This document shows, one piece after another, positions 1 through 8,115 of a stretch of 32,000 nt of DNA. The stretch covers positions 1,560,001 through 1,592,000 of the forward strand of contig OY760660.1 of assembly GCA_963663995.1 (NCBI GenBank), read 5' to 3'. Under the pieces are notes generated by a model. The model was given only the letters and a program-made list of their open reading frames with translations, did no database searches and was not told where the DNA came from. The translations under genes were made by a program, and so were the position numbers. This DNA is from Erysipelotrichaceae bacterium (GTDB taxonomy: Bacteria > Bacillota_I > Bacilli_A > Erysipelotrichales > Erysipelotrichaceae). How positions within the stretch are numbered: position 1 is the stretch's first letter; every line of letters begins with the position of its first letter.

Positions 1-1427
1 GTGAGCATTCAACGCTAACTCGTTTGAAAACATTCCCAATAGAAGTAGGTGATTTTAATACCATTGCGACGGTCTACTCCCGTCAAGAAAAGAATGTCAC
101 TTACTATCTTATTGAACACGCAGGATATTTTGAACGTGAAGGTTATTACGGTTATGCTGATGATGGAGAACGTTTTGCCTATTTCAATCATGTTGTACTA
201 CGCATGATCGAAGAAAAGATTGTAGAACCAGATGTTTTACATTCTCATGATTGGCATGCTGGGTTTGTATCATTATTATCTAAAACCGTATATGTTGATC
301 GTGTAAAACCGATGTTTACTATCTTTACTATTCATAATCTTCTCTATCAAGGTGTATTCCCTTATGAAATGTTAGGCTCATGTTTAGGGTTAGGAAATGA
401 CTGGTATTTTGATGGTCGTTTACGTTTCAAACATGGTATTAGCTTTATGAAAGCTGGGATAGCCTATTCTGACATTGTCACAACAGTATCTGAAACTTAT
501 TCTAAAGAAATTCTTACACCATTCTTTGGTGAAGGAATGGAAGATATTCTAAGACTAAGAGAATATGATTTATATGGTATTGTTAATGGCATTGATATGG
601 ATGCCTGGGACCCAAGTAAAGATGATAGTCTAAGTGAAAAATATAGTGTAAAGACTGTTGAAAAGGGTAAACGTATCAATAAACTTAAACTTCAAGAAGA
701 CTTAGGTTTACGTGTTGACGAAAACGTCATGTTGTTAGGTATGGTTTCACGTTTAACCAATCAAAAGGGTATTGGTTTAATTCTTGAAGCGATGAATGAC
801 ATAATGGGTTGGGATATTCAACTTGTTATTTTAGGAACTGGTGATCAATGGGCTGAAGAATCTCTAAGGTCGATTGAATTTAAATATCCAAGACGAGCTG
901 TTTACTATTGTGGATACAATGAAGCACTAGCTCATCGAATCTATGCAGCAAGTGATGTATTCATCATGCCTTCCATTTTTGAGCCTTGTGGTATCTCACA
1001 ATTGATTGCGATGCGTTATGGTAGTCTACCAGTTGTTCGTGAAACAGGCGGCTTAAAAGATACCGTTATGCCATTTAATGAATTTACTGATGAAGGTGAA
1101 GGTTTTAGCTTTGGTCCTGCTGATGTGAATGACTTCAAGCGTGTATTATGGTATGCCTGGGATGTCTTTACTTATCGTAAAGAAAAACTTGCAGCACTTC
1201 GTAAGAATGCGATGATTAAGGATGTTTCTTGGTCGAAATCTGCTAAAGCATATGCTGATTTAATTAATAATAAATTAAATGAACGTAAAGTGGCAGACAA
1301 GAAAGCTAATGAAGCCACAAAAAAAGCTGAAACTAAAAAGAAAGCTCCAGTCAAAAAGGCAACAAGTGCCAAAAAGACAGGCACAGCTAAAAAGGCAACA
1401 ACTAAGAAAGCTGTTGTTAAGAAATAA
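1..1427 (+). CDS. glgA: Glycogen synthase (GT5, ADP-glucose type), N-terminus cut by the window edge; atypical Lys/Ala/Thr-rich C-terminal tail
   Basis: The frame of ORF 24..1427 stays open back to nt 3 and the usual N-terminal KTGGL block is absent, so the gene starts upstream of the window. GlgA blocks are visible: HSHDWHAG, VNGID..WDP, MVSRLTNQKG, IMPSIFEPCGISQL, RETGGLKDTV. A strong hairpin terminator follows. Confidence 0.9.
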   Translation, partial: EHSTLTRLKTFPIEVGDFNTIATVYSRQEKNVTYYLIEHAGYFEREGYYGYADDGERFAYFNHVVLRMIEEKIVEPDVLHSHDWHAGFVSLLSKTVYVDRVKPMFTIFTIHNLLYQGVFPYEMLGSCLGLGNDWYFDGRLRFKHGISFMKAGIAYSDIVTTVSETYSKEILTPFFGEGMEDILRLREYDLYGIVNGIDMDAWDPSKDDSLSEKYSVKTVEKGKRINKLKLQEDLGLRVDENVMLLGMVSRLTNQKGIGLILEAMNDIMGWDIQLVILGTGDQWAEESLRSIEFKYPRRAVYYCGYNEALAHRIYAASDVFIMPSIFEPCGISQLIAMRYGSLPVVRETGGLKDTVMPFNEFTDEGEGFSFGPADVNDFKRVLWYAWDVFTYRKEKLAALRKNAMIKDVSWSKSAKAYADLINNKLNERKVADKKANEATKKAETKKKAPVKKATSAKKTGTAKKATTKKAVVKK

Positions 1428-1433
1428 TCATCT

Positions 1434-1461
1434 AAAAGGCTAGCAAACGCTAGCCTTTTTT
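1434..1461. terminator. Bidirectional rho-independent terminator between convergent glgA and the aldehyde dehydrogenase gene
   Basis: AAAA-GGCTAGC(1438-1444)-AAAC-GCTAGCC(1449-1455)-TTTTTT. Perfect 7-bp stem, 4-nt loop, A-run on one side and T-run on the other. Confidence 0.75.
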
Positions 1462-1464
1462 GTA

Positions 1465-2937
1465 CTAATCATAATAAGCTGTATAATTTTCAGATAAACT
1501 TACATAAACAGTCTTAAGTTGACTATATGATTCTAGTGCTGATTTATGATTCTCACGACCATAACCTGTTTTTTTATAACCACCAAATGGTGTACCTGAT
1601 GGAGCCAAATGATATTCATTAATCCAGAATAGTCCTGTATCTATAGCCATAGCTACACGAAGTGCTTTATTGATATCTTTCGTCCAACATGCGCCAGCTA
1701 AGCCAAAGTCTGAATCATTAGCCATTTCAATGACATCCTCTTCATCTTTGAAAGGGATCACACAAAGAACTGGTCCAAATATTTCTTCTTGAGCAATACG
1801 CATTTTATTATCGACATCTCTAAAGATAGTTGGTTCAACAAAATAACCTTTATCGAATGGTTCTTTGTTTAAGCGATGGCCACCATAAGCAAGTTTTGCC
1901 CCTTCATCTAATCCGATCTGAATATAATTTAGAACAGAATTCATCTGCTTCTCACTGATGAGGGTTGCCATACGTGTCTCTTCATTTTCTGGAAGACCAA
2001 TTTTAACTTTTTTAAAGATTTCAATTATTTTCTCAAGCGTTTCTTCATAGATAGATTCATGAATAAAGACACGAGAACCAGCATTACAAACTTGACCTTG
2101 TCCATATAGGATACCAAGTACTGCTCCTTCAACCGCTTTTTCCATAGGAGCATCAGGAAATATAATATTCGCCGATTTTCCACCAAGTTCAAGTGAAACA
2201 GGGATAACATTCTGTGATGCAGTTTTGGCAATATTCATACCAACGCCAGTAGAACCAGTAAAGGCTACTTTATTCACATCACGATGTTCAACCATTGATT
2301 GGCCTACGACAGAACCTGCCCCAGTAACAATGTTAAAAACACCGGCTGGAATAATGTCCTTAGTCAACTTAGCTAACTCTAAAATTGAAAGGGGAGTGAG
2401 ATCAGCTGGTTTCATGATAATAGTATTGCCAGCTGCCAAGGCTGGAGCAATTTTCCATCCACCTAATAGAAAAGGAAAATTCCAAGGAATTATTTGCGCA
2501 ACAACCCCGTAAGGTTCACGCATAACAAATGCCATATTATCTTGATCAAAGCGAGTGAACGAATCTTCTTCTGCCCTCAAAAGAGCAGAGAAATATGCGA
2601 ATTGATCAGCAATAGCTTTGATATCTTCACGCGTTTCAATAATGGGTTTACCACTGTCTAATGTTTCTATGTAGGCTAAATATTCTAAATTATCTTCAAT
2701 AACCATTTTAATCTTTAGTAAGATGTTACTTCTTTCAAGAGGACTCGTTTTCTTCCATGATTTAAAAGCTTTACGAGCCGCTTGAACTGCTACATCAACA
2801 TCTTCTAAGCTTCCTCTATAAACTCTAGCAAGCACTTTTCCATTAGCTGGGTTATTTATTTCCTCAGTCTCTTTTTTGACTGAAGGAATAAATTCTCCAC
2901 CAATAAATACACCATATTCTTGATAACTATATTTCAT
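1465..2937 (-). CDS. NAD(P)+-dependent aldehyde dehydrogenase (ALDH superfamily)
   Basis: 490 aa. ALDH motifs: FTGSTGVG, catalytic Glu in LELGGKS, catalytic Cys in GQGQVCNAGSR, EEIFGPV. ATG at 2937 lies 1 nt after the TAG (2939-2941) of the upstream TPP enzyme, with GGAGG at 2943-2947 (minus) inside that gene's end, which suggests translational coupling. Confidence 0.9.
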   Translation of the reverse strand: MKYSYQEYGVFIGGEFIPSVKKETEEINNPANGKVLARVYRGSLEDVDVAVQAARKAFKSWKKTSPLERSNILLKIKMVIEDNLEYLAYIETLDSGKPIIETREDIKAIADQFAYFSALLRAEEDSFTRFDQDNMAFVMREPYGVVAQIIPWNFPFLLGGWKIAPALAAGNTIIMKPADLTPLSILELAKLTKDIIPAGVFNIVTGAGSVVGQSMVEHRDVNKVAFTGSTGVGMNIAKTASQNVIPVSLELGGKSANIIFPDAPMEKAVEGAVLGILYGQGQVCNAGSRVFIHESIYEETLEKIIEIFKKVKIGLPENEETRMATLISEKQMNSVLNYIQIGLDEGAKLAYGGHRLNKEPFDKGYFVEPTIFRDVDNKMRIAQEEIFGPVLCVIPFKDEEDVIEMANDSDFGLAGACWTKDINKALRVAMAIDTGLFWINEYHLAPSGTPFGGYKKTGYGRENHKSALESYSQLKTVYVSLSENYTAYYD

Positions 2938-2938
2938 A

Positions 2939-4558
2939 CTAACCTCCTACGATCCAATCATTAATATGTATTTCAATTAAACTTGGATATTCTTTATTAA
3001 ATGCAGTTTCCAATGCCTGTTTTAACTCTGTTTTATTGTTTGGATGACTACTAGACATAGAGTAGGCATCGGCTAATTTCATAAAATTTAAAGGGGCACT
3101 GTCAACAGCAATGAACTCATCAAAACCCATGTATTTCTCATTTCGTTTAATTTCTCCATAACCATCGTTGTTCCAAATAATGATCGGCAAGTTTTGTTTA
3201 TGTTCACAAGCAACTGCCAGTTCTTGCATTGTAAATTGAAAGCCACCATCACCGCTTAAAGTAATAATTCGAGTATCCTTTTTACAAAATTTTGCGCCAA
3301 TTGCTGCTGGCATAGAATAACCTAAAGTTCCGAATCCAGCAGGATGCAAGAAACTTAGGGGATGTGTACTCTTGTATTCACTAATTCCAATATATGCAGG
3401 ACTACACATATCAGCGAATAAATGACCATCATTGCCTAAGACTTCACTGATGACATCTAAAACTTCTAATCCCATTTCAAAACTTGTATGATTTCCGCAA
3501 ACATCGGCTGTGATAGCTTGAGTGTCTATTATTAATTTTGAGACAGTGGATGAATTTGAAGTGTTTTTAGATTCTAACTTATTAAGCATATAAGATAAGA
3601 TATCCTTTGCATTTCCACACAATCCTATATAAGCTTGTGGGTATCGATAAAACATATCAGCATCCACATCGATCTGAATTAATGGTCCGTTTAAATCAAG
3701 TTTGGAGTCCCATAAATCAGTTGGCGCAAGTTGTGTTCCAATGGCTAAAACAAGATCACTATTATTAATGAATTGATTAACCTCTTTAAAATGTAAACGT
3801 GCTCCCAACGATAAAGGATGATTATCTGATATCACACCTTTGCCTGCTGCAGTAGTTACGACAGCCGCATTCAGTTTTTCAGATAACTGTACGAGCTCTG
3901 ATGATGCATTGACGGATCCACCACCACAAATGATGGTGACTTTATTTTTACTGTTAATTAATTGAATGGCTTCATCAACTTTATTTTGATTAAATTCTAA
4001 ATTTATTTTTAACTCAGTTTTAATGAGTTCATGTGTACTTACTTGATCTAGGATATCAAGAGGAATCTCGACATGTACAGGTCCTGGTCGTCCTGATATT
4101 GATAAAAGATAAGCATCTTTTAAAACAGATTCAATTTGATCAATTGATTTAATGCTACGTGACTCTTTGGTGACAGAACTACTCATAATGGTTGAGTTTC
4201 TGAGTTCATGTAAAGTTCCTGTATTTTGGTTTTTAATATTTGTTGGAAGCTGTGTTGAAATAACAAGCATTGAAATAGAATCTTGATAGGCTTGTCCCAT
4301 AGCTGTCATGATATTTGTTAAACCGGGACCAGTGATGGTTAATGCAACACCGACTTTATTAGAAATGCGGGAATAACCATCAGCCATAAACCCTGCACCA
4401 CTTTCATTTTTTACAGTGATCGCATTAATAGAACTCTTTAGTAAAGCTTTATAAATTTTTAAATTATGTACACCAGGAATTCCAAAAAGGGTGTCTACCC
4501 CTAACTGTTCCAATGTTTGAACCAGTATATCGGCACCTGTTTTTTGTTTATTATTCAT
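2939..4558 (-). CDS. Thiamine-diphosphate-dependent enzyme of the acetolactate synthase / 2-oxoacid decarboxylase family (resembles AruI-type 2-oxoacid decarboxylases)
   Basis: N-terminal pyrimidine-binding block GADILVQTLEQLGVDTLFGIPG...GAGFMADGYSR...TGPGLTN. Also a TGTLHEL block, and the C-terminal ThDP motif GDGGFQFTMQEL...NNDGYG. The track ORF extends to 4585. I place the start at ATG 4558 (MNNKQKTG...) because GGAGG sits at 4563-4567 (minus), while 4585 has no Shine-Dalgarno. Confidence 0.8.
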   Translation of the reverse strand: MNNKQKTGADILVQTLEQLGVDTLFGIPGVHNLKIYKALLKSSINAITVKNESGAGFMADGYSRISNKVGVALTITGPGLTNIMTAMGQAYQDSISMLVISTQLPTNIKNQNTGTLHELRNSTIMSSSVTKESRSIKSIDQIESVLKDAYLLSISGRPGPVHVEIPLDILDQVSTHELIKTELKINLEFNQNKVDEAIQLINSKNKVTIICGGGSVNASSELVQLSEKLNAAVVTTAAGKGVISDNHPLSLGARLHFKEVNQFINNSDLVLAIGTQLAPTDLWDSKLDLNGPLIQIDVDADMFYRYPQAYIGLCGNAKDILSYMLNKLESKNTSNSSTVSKLIIDTQAITADVCGNHTSFEMGLEVLDVISEVLGNDGHLFADMCSPAYIGISEYKSTHPLSFLHPAGFGTLGYSMPAAIGAKFCKKDTRIITLSGDGGFQFTMQELAVACEHKQNLPIIIWNNDGYGEIKRNEKYMGFDEFIAVDSAPLNFMKLADAYSMSSSHPNNKTELKQALETAFNKEYPSLIEIHINDWIVGG

Positions 4559-4737
4559 TTGACCTCCTAAACAACTACTGTTCAATTATAACTTAGAGGA
4601 CTTTCAATTACCAATTTGAGAGAGTTTGCATTAATCAATGAAAGTCTTTAAGATGTTGATAAATGTTGCTTTGAATAACACAGTAAAGAATACAATCAAG
4701 TGTTTTTACACTTTTTTAAGATGAAGGGAATTTATAA

Positions 4738-5715
4738 ATGAAAATTTTAATTTGTAGTTATGCAGAATTATTAAAAATGTATACCCCATATGCTTTGAAG
4801 ACAATAAAAGAATTTCTACATGAAGCAGAAATTATTGTGCGAGATTATAGTGATGAAAATCAACTAATACTTGATTTAAAAGATGTTGATGGATTAATTA
4901 CATTTTTTATACCAATCACAAAGAAAATACTTGAATCAGCAAAGACCTTAAAATATATATCAATTGCGAGCACTGGTTATTCTAATGTTGATATGGAAGT
5001 TGCGAATAATTTAAACATCAAAGTTTCAAATATAAAAGAGTACTGTACAGAAGAAGTTGCAGATCATAGTGTTGCTTTAATACTGTCACTTGCACGTAAA
5101 CTGAATATCTTAAGTGAAAAAGTAAAAAACGAACATAATTGGGATTATACAAGTGCAGGAAAGATTCATCGTTTAAATCAGCATACATTAGCTTTATTTG
5201 GTTTAGGACGTATTGGTCAAGCTGTCGCAAAAAGAGCAATGGTCTTTGGGATGAATGTGCTAGCGTATGATCCATATCTACCACAAGAAATCGCTGATTC
5301 ACTTAATGTAAAACTAGTTAGTGTAGAGCAGATTCAAAAGGAAGCGACTATTATTTCTAATCACATGAATGCGAGTGATCAAAACACAAATTTCTTTAAT
5401 AAACAATTTTTTGATAATTGCATACAACAACCAATTTTTATCAATGTCGCACGGGGTCAAAGTGTTGATGAAGAAGCATTAATAGAAGCATTGAATAATG
5501 GATCTGTGTCCAGTGCTGGATTAGATGTCTTTAAATCAGAAAATCCTGATTTAAGTGATATGGAACTTATTCAACATCCTCATACGATTGTGACACCACA
5601 TGCAGCTTTTTACTCAGAAGAAGCCATCCAAGATAGTGATCGTATTTCAGTGATGAATATGATTTATGCCTTAAAAGGTGAACATGAAAAGGTGTTTGCA
5701 TTTGTCACAAAGTAA
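4738..5715 (+). CDS. D-isomer-specific 2-hydroxyacid dehydrogenase family (glycerate / hydroxypyruvate / phosphoglycerate dehydrogenase-like)
   Basis: 325 aa. NAD fold GLGRIGQAVAKRA, a NVARGQSVDEEAL block, and the catalytic His region TPHAAFYSEE. Divergent from the TPP-enzyme operon across a 179-nt spacer. Confidence 0.85.
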   Translation: MKILICSYAELLKMYTPYALKTIKEFLHEAEIIVRDYSDENQLILDLKDVDGLITFFIPITKKILESAKTLKYISIASTGYSNVDMEVANNLNIKVSNIKEYCTEEVADHSVALILSLARKLNILSEKVKNEHNWDYTSAGKIHRLNQHTLALFGLGRIGQAVAKRAMVFGMNVLAYDPYLPQEIADSLNVKLVSVEQIQKEATIISNHMNASDQNTNFFNKQFFDNCIQQPIFINVARGQSVDEEALIEALNNGSVSSAGLDVFKSENPDLSDMELIQHPHTIVTPHAAFYSEEAIQDSDRISVMNMIYALKGEHEKVFAFVTK

Positions 5716-5721
5716 TCTATT

Positions 5722-5754
5722 AAAAAAGGCTTAACTTTATTTAGTTAAGCCTTT
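5722..5754. terminator. Hairpin terminator between convergent 2-hydroxyacid dehydrogenase and opuAA
   Basis: AAAAAA-GGCTTAACT(5728-5736)-TTATTT-AGTTAAGCC(5743-5751)-TTT. 9-bp perfect stem extended by A/T pairs. The U-run is better for the minus-strand transcript. Confidence 0.6.
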
Positions 5755-5764
5755 AACATCTTTG

Positions 5765-6988
5765 TTATTTTGAAATCTTTTCTTCATCTTCAACGGTTAA
5801 TTCATCCTTGTCAGCCAAAGCTGAGATGACAGAAGCCTTGGAAACAATGCCCATGAGTTTATTGTTTTTATCAACAACAGGTAGAGGGTATGGATTATTA
5901 ACGGATGGAGCTAGTGCATCGTGGATAATCGTATCAAGATTTAAAGTTGTTAAGTCTTTTACGAAAGTATCTTTATTTAATACTTTATTATCCTTTTGTT
6001 TTGTTGCTTCATCTAAAGTGATGATTCCTTCAAGTTCCATATCAGCATTTACGACATATGCTGAAGATACTTGGTTAACTTTCATTTCTTGGATAGCACG
6101 TTTTGGACCATCACCATATTTTAAGATACATGATGGAGTCATCATAATATTTTGAACAGTAACAATCTTTGTGATATCGGCACCTTCAACAAAGTTTTCA
6201 ACATATTCATCTGCAGGATTGGTTAACATATCTTCAGGTGTATCGATTTGGATCACTTGACCATCGCGCATAATCGCAACTCGATCGCCTAACTTGAAAG
6301 CTTCATTAATATCATGTGTAATGAAGATAATTGTTTTCTTCATTTTTTGTTGAATTTTTAAAAGCTCAAACTGCATATCTCTTTTTACAAGTGGATCTAG
6401 TGCTGAAAATGGTTCATCCATTAATAAGATCTCAGGATCATTTGCAAGAGCACGTGCTAAACCAACACGTTGTTTCATCCCACCTGACAATTGAGAAATT
6501 TGATATTGATCAAATCCCTTAAGTCCGACAAGTTCAATCATTTCCAGTGATTTCTTCTCACGTTCTTCTTTAGTTGTACCTTTAATCTCAAGGCCTAAAG
6601 CAACATTGTCCATAACTGTACGATGTGGAATTAAACCAAAATGTTGGAAGACCATCGCAATTTTATTGCGTCTAAAATCTAAAAGTTCTTGTTTCGTGTA
6701 TTTCTGGACACTTTCACCTTCATAGTGGATAGTACCTTCACTTGGTATATTTAAACCATTAAAACATCTTACTAAAGTGGACTTACCAGACCCTGAAAGA
6801 CCAATAATGACGAACATTTCACCTTTATTAACTTGAAAGTTTACATTGTTTAAAGCTACATTACATCCGGTTTTTTCTAATATTTCAGATTTCTTTGCGC
6901 CCTTTTTTATCATGGCTTTAGCTTTTTCTTTATTAGGACCATAGAATTTATAAAGGTTTTCTACGCGTAAATAAGTTTCTTTACTCAT
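5765..6988 (-). CDS. opuAA: Glycine betaine/proline betaine-type ABC transporter ATP-binding protein with C-terminal tandem CBS domains
   Basis: 407 aa. Walker A GLSGSGKST, signature LSGGMKQR, Walker B LLMDEPFSALD, H-loop ITHD, and a long C-terminal CBS-like region. Start overlaps the permease stop as ATGA (6985-6988). Confidence 0.9.
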   Translation of the reverse strand: MSKETYLRVENLYKFYGPNKEKAKAMIKKGAKKSEILEKTGCNVALNNVNFQVNKGEMFVIIGLSGSGKSTLVRCFNGLNIPSEGTIHYEGESVQKYTKQELLDFRRNKIAMVFQHFGLIPHRTVMDNVALGLEIKGTTKEEREKKSLEMIELVGLKGFDQYQISQLSGGMKQRVGLARALANDPEILLMDEPFSALDPLVKRDMQFELLKIQQKMKKTIIFITHDINEAFKLGDRVAIMRDGQVIQIDTPEDMLTNPADEYVENFVEGADITKIVTVQNIMMTPSCILKYGDGPKRAIQEMKVNQVSSAYVVNADMELEGIITLDEATKQKDNKVLNKDTFVKDLTTLNLDTIIHDALAPSVNNPYPLPVVDKNNKLMGIVSKASVISALADKDELTVEDEEKISK

Positions 6989-7854
6989 GCATTATCCTCC
7001 TGTATAGCTTCAATTTTTGACCAACCTTGGCTTAAACGGTCAAGCAGAATGGCAATAATAACAACAGCAGTCCCTGAAACAAGTCCACGACCAACTTCAA
7101 TACGATTAACGGAAATTAAAACTTCCATACCAAGACCAGTAACCCCAATCATAGAAGTAGTAACAACCATTGACATAGCCATCATGATTGTTTGGTTAAC
7201 CCCAGCCATAATCGTTGGGAATGCTTGCGGGATTTTAACTTTGATTAAAGCCTGCATTTGTGTTGCCCCAAATGAATGAACGGCTTCTACTAATTCTTTA
7301 TCGACTTGTCTAATCCCTAAATCGGTAAGACGAATAATGGGGACAATGGCATATATCGTGGTCGCCAGAGTACCTGGAACTCGTCCTAAACCAAATAAAA
7401 TAATGGCTGGAATAAGGTAAACAAAGACTGGCATTGTCTGCATGGTATCTAAGATCGGTCTAATAATATTAGATAAACGATCAGATAGTGCCATTAAGAC
7501 ACCGATTGGAAACCCTAATAATAAGGATAAGAATACGGCCGCCAAAATAATAGCGAGGGTTGTGATCATTAAGTCCCACAAACCAACTAAACCAATCAGG
7601 AATAGTAATAAACTGTATAAAGTTGCGGTTAGAAATTTCTTTGTCTTCATTAACATAAGGACAAAGACAAATACGATATATACCCACCACGGAATAAATT
7701 GAAGTAAGTTACCGATGCTTGTTAACCAGAAATTAAGGACATCTCTAATGATACTTAATATCCAATCAGCATCTCTAGCGAATTGTCTAAAAGCAGTATC
7801 AATTGCGCCAGTGTTGATTTCAACCACAAATGGAAAATCAAAAAATGGATTCAT
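6985..7854 (-). CDS. opuAB: Glycine betaine-type ABC transporter permease (OpuAB/ProW-like)
   Basis: 289 aa polytopic membrane protein. Typical ProW/OpuAB length and layout, coupled to opuAA by a 4-nt overlap. Confidence 0.88.
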   Translation of the reverse strand: MNPFFDFPFVVEINTGAIDTAFRQFARDADWILSIIRDVLNFWLTSIGNLLQFIPWWVYIVFVFVLMLMKTKKFLTATLYSLLLFLIGLVGLWDLMITTLAIILAAVFLSLLLGFPIGVLMALSDRLSNIIRPILDTMQTMPVFVYLIPAIILFGLGRVPGTLATTIYAIVPIIRLTDLGIRQVDKELVEAVHSFGATQMQALIKVKIPQAFPTIMAGVNQTIMMAMSMVVTTSMIGVTGLGMEVLISVNRIEVGRGLVSGTAVVIIAILLDRLSQGWSKIEAIQEDNA

Positions 7855-7927
7855 TTCTTTTCTCTCTTTCTTTTTAATTAATTTACATATGACAAATAAA
7901 AAGTTGTTTTTACAAACCTTTGTTGCC

Positions 7928-7952
7928 TTATCAGATGATTAAATCTGCCAAC
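7928..7952 (-). promoter_or_regulatory. Candidate promoter/operator module upstream of opuAB (copy 1 of 3)
   Basis: Plus strand TTATCAGATGATTAAATCTGCCAAC, which on the minus strand reads GTTGGCAGATTTAATCATCTGATAA. It shares TTATCAGAT and CTGCCAAC with the module at 9128-9154. Confidence 0.35.
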
Positions 7953-8049
7953 GTATACATCTATTTTAACAAAATTGCCTTTGTTAAGCGAATACCCATA
8001 AAGTATGAGTACATACTTAAAGGTAGTTTTGTGAAACTAGATGGACGTT

Positions 8050-8092
8050 TAAACAAAAGAAAACGACGTCTAAGACATTCTCAAACGCCGTT
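8050..8092 (-). terminator. Possible rho-independent terminator after the first binding-protein gene
   Basis: Minus-strand RNA: AACGGCG-17 nt loop-CGUCGUU (one G.U pair), followed by UUCUUUUGUUU. The loop is large, so confidence is modest. Confidence 0.4.
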
Positions 8093-8115
8093 AATCTTTT
8101 AAAATAATTTAATAC

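Noticed and set aside
497-2512. Antisense or overlapping track ORFs inside glgA and the aldehyde dehydrogenase gene (497..679, 1172..1384, 2025..2231, 2225..2512)
   Set aside because: They lie wholly inside strongly supported genes on the opposite strand or in another frame. They have low-complexity or hydrophobic-junk composition, no RBS and no recognisable motifs, so they are shadow ORFs.
4559-4585. Longer N-terminus (MNSSCLGGQ...) for the ThDP enzyme as given in the ORF track
   Set aside because: There is no RBS before 4585, and the extension would translate the Shine-Dalgarno (GGAGG at 4563-4567) itself. The family N-terminus normally begins just before the G.D.LV..L block.
5018-7942. 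Track ORFs 5018..5302, 5808..6155, 6331..6522, 7049..7279, 7442..7702, 7481..7690 and 7715..7942, which overlap the dehydrogenase, opuAA and opuAB genes
   Set aside because: These are shadow ORFs opposite or out of frame to well-supported genes. None has a Shine-Dalgarno or conserved motif.
7920-8102. 60-aa plus-strand ORF in the 261-nt gap between opuAB and the first binding-protein gene (basic tail RLNKRKRRLRHSQ)
   Set aside because: It starts at a TTG without an RBS and runs antisense to the opu units. It also overlaps the predicted opuAB promoter module and the SBP1 terminator. The composition looks like translated AT-rich spacer.
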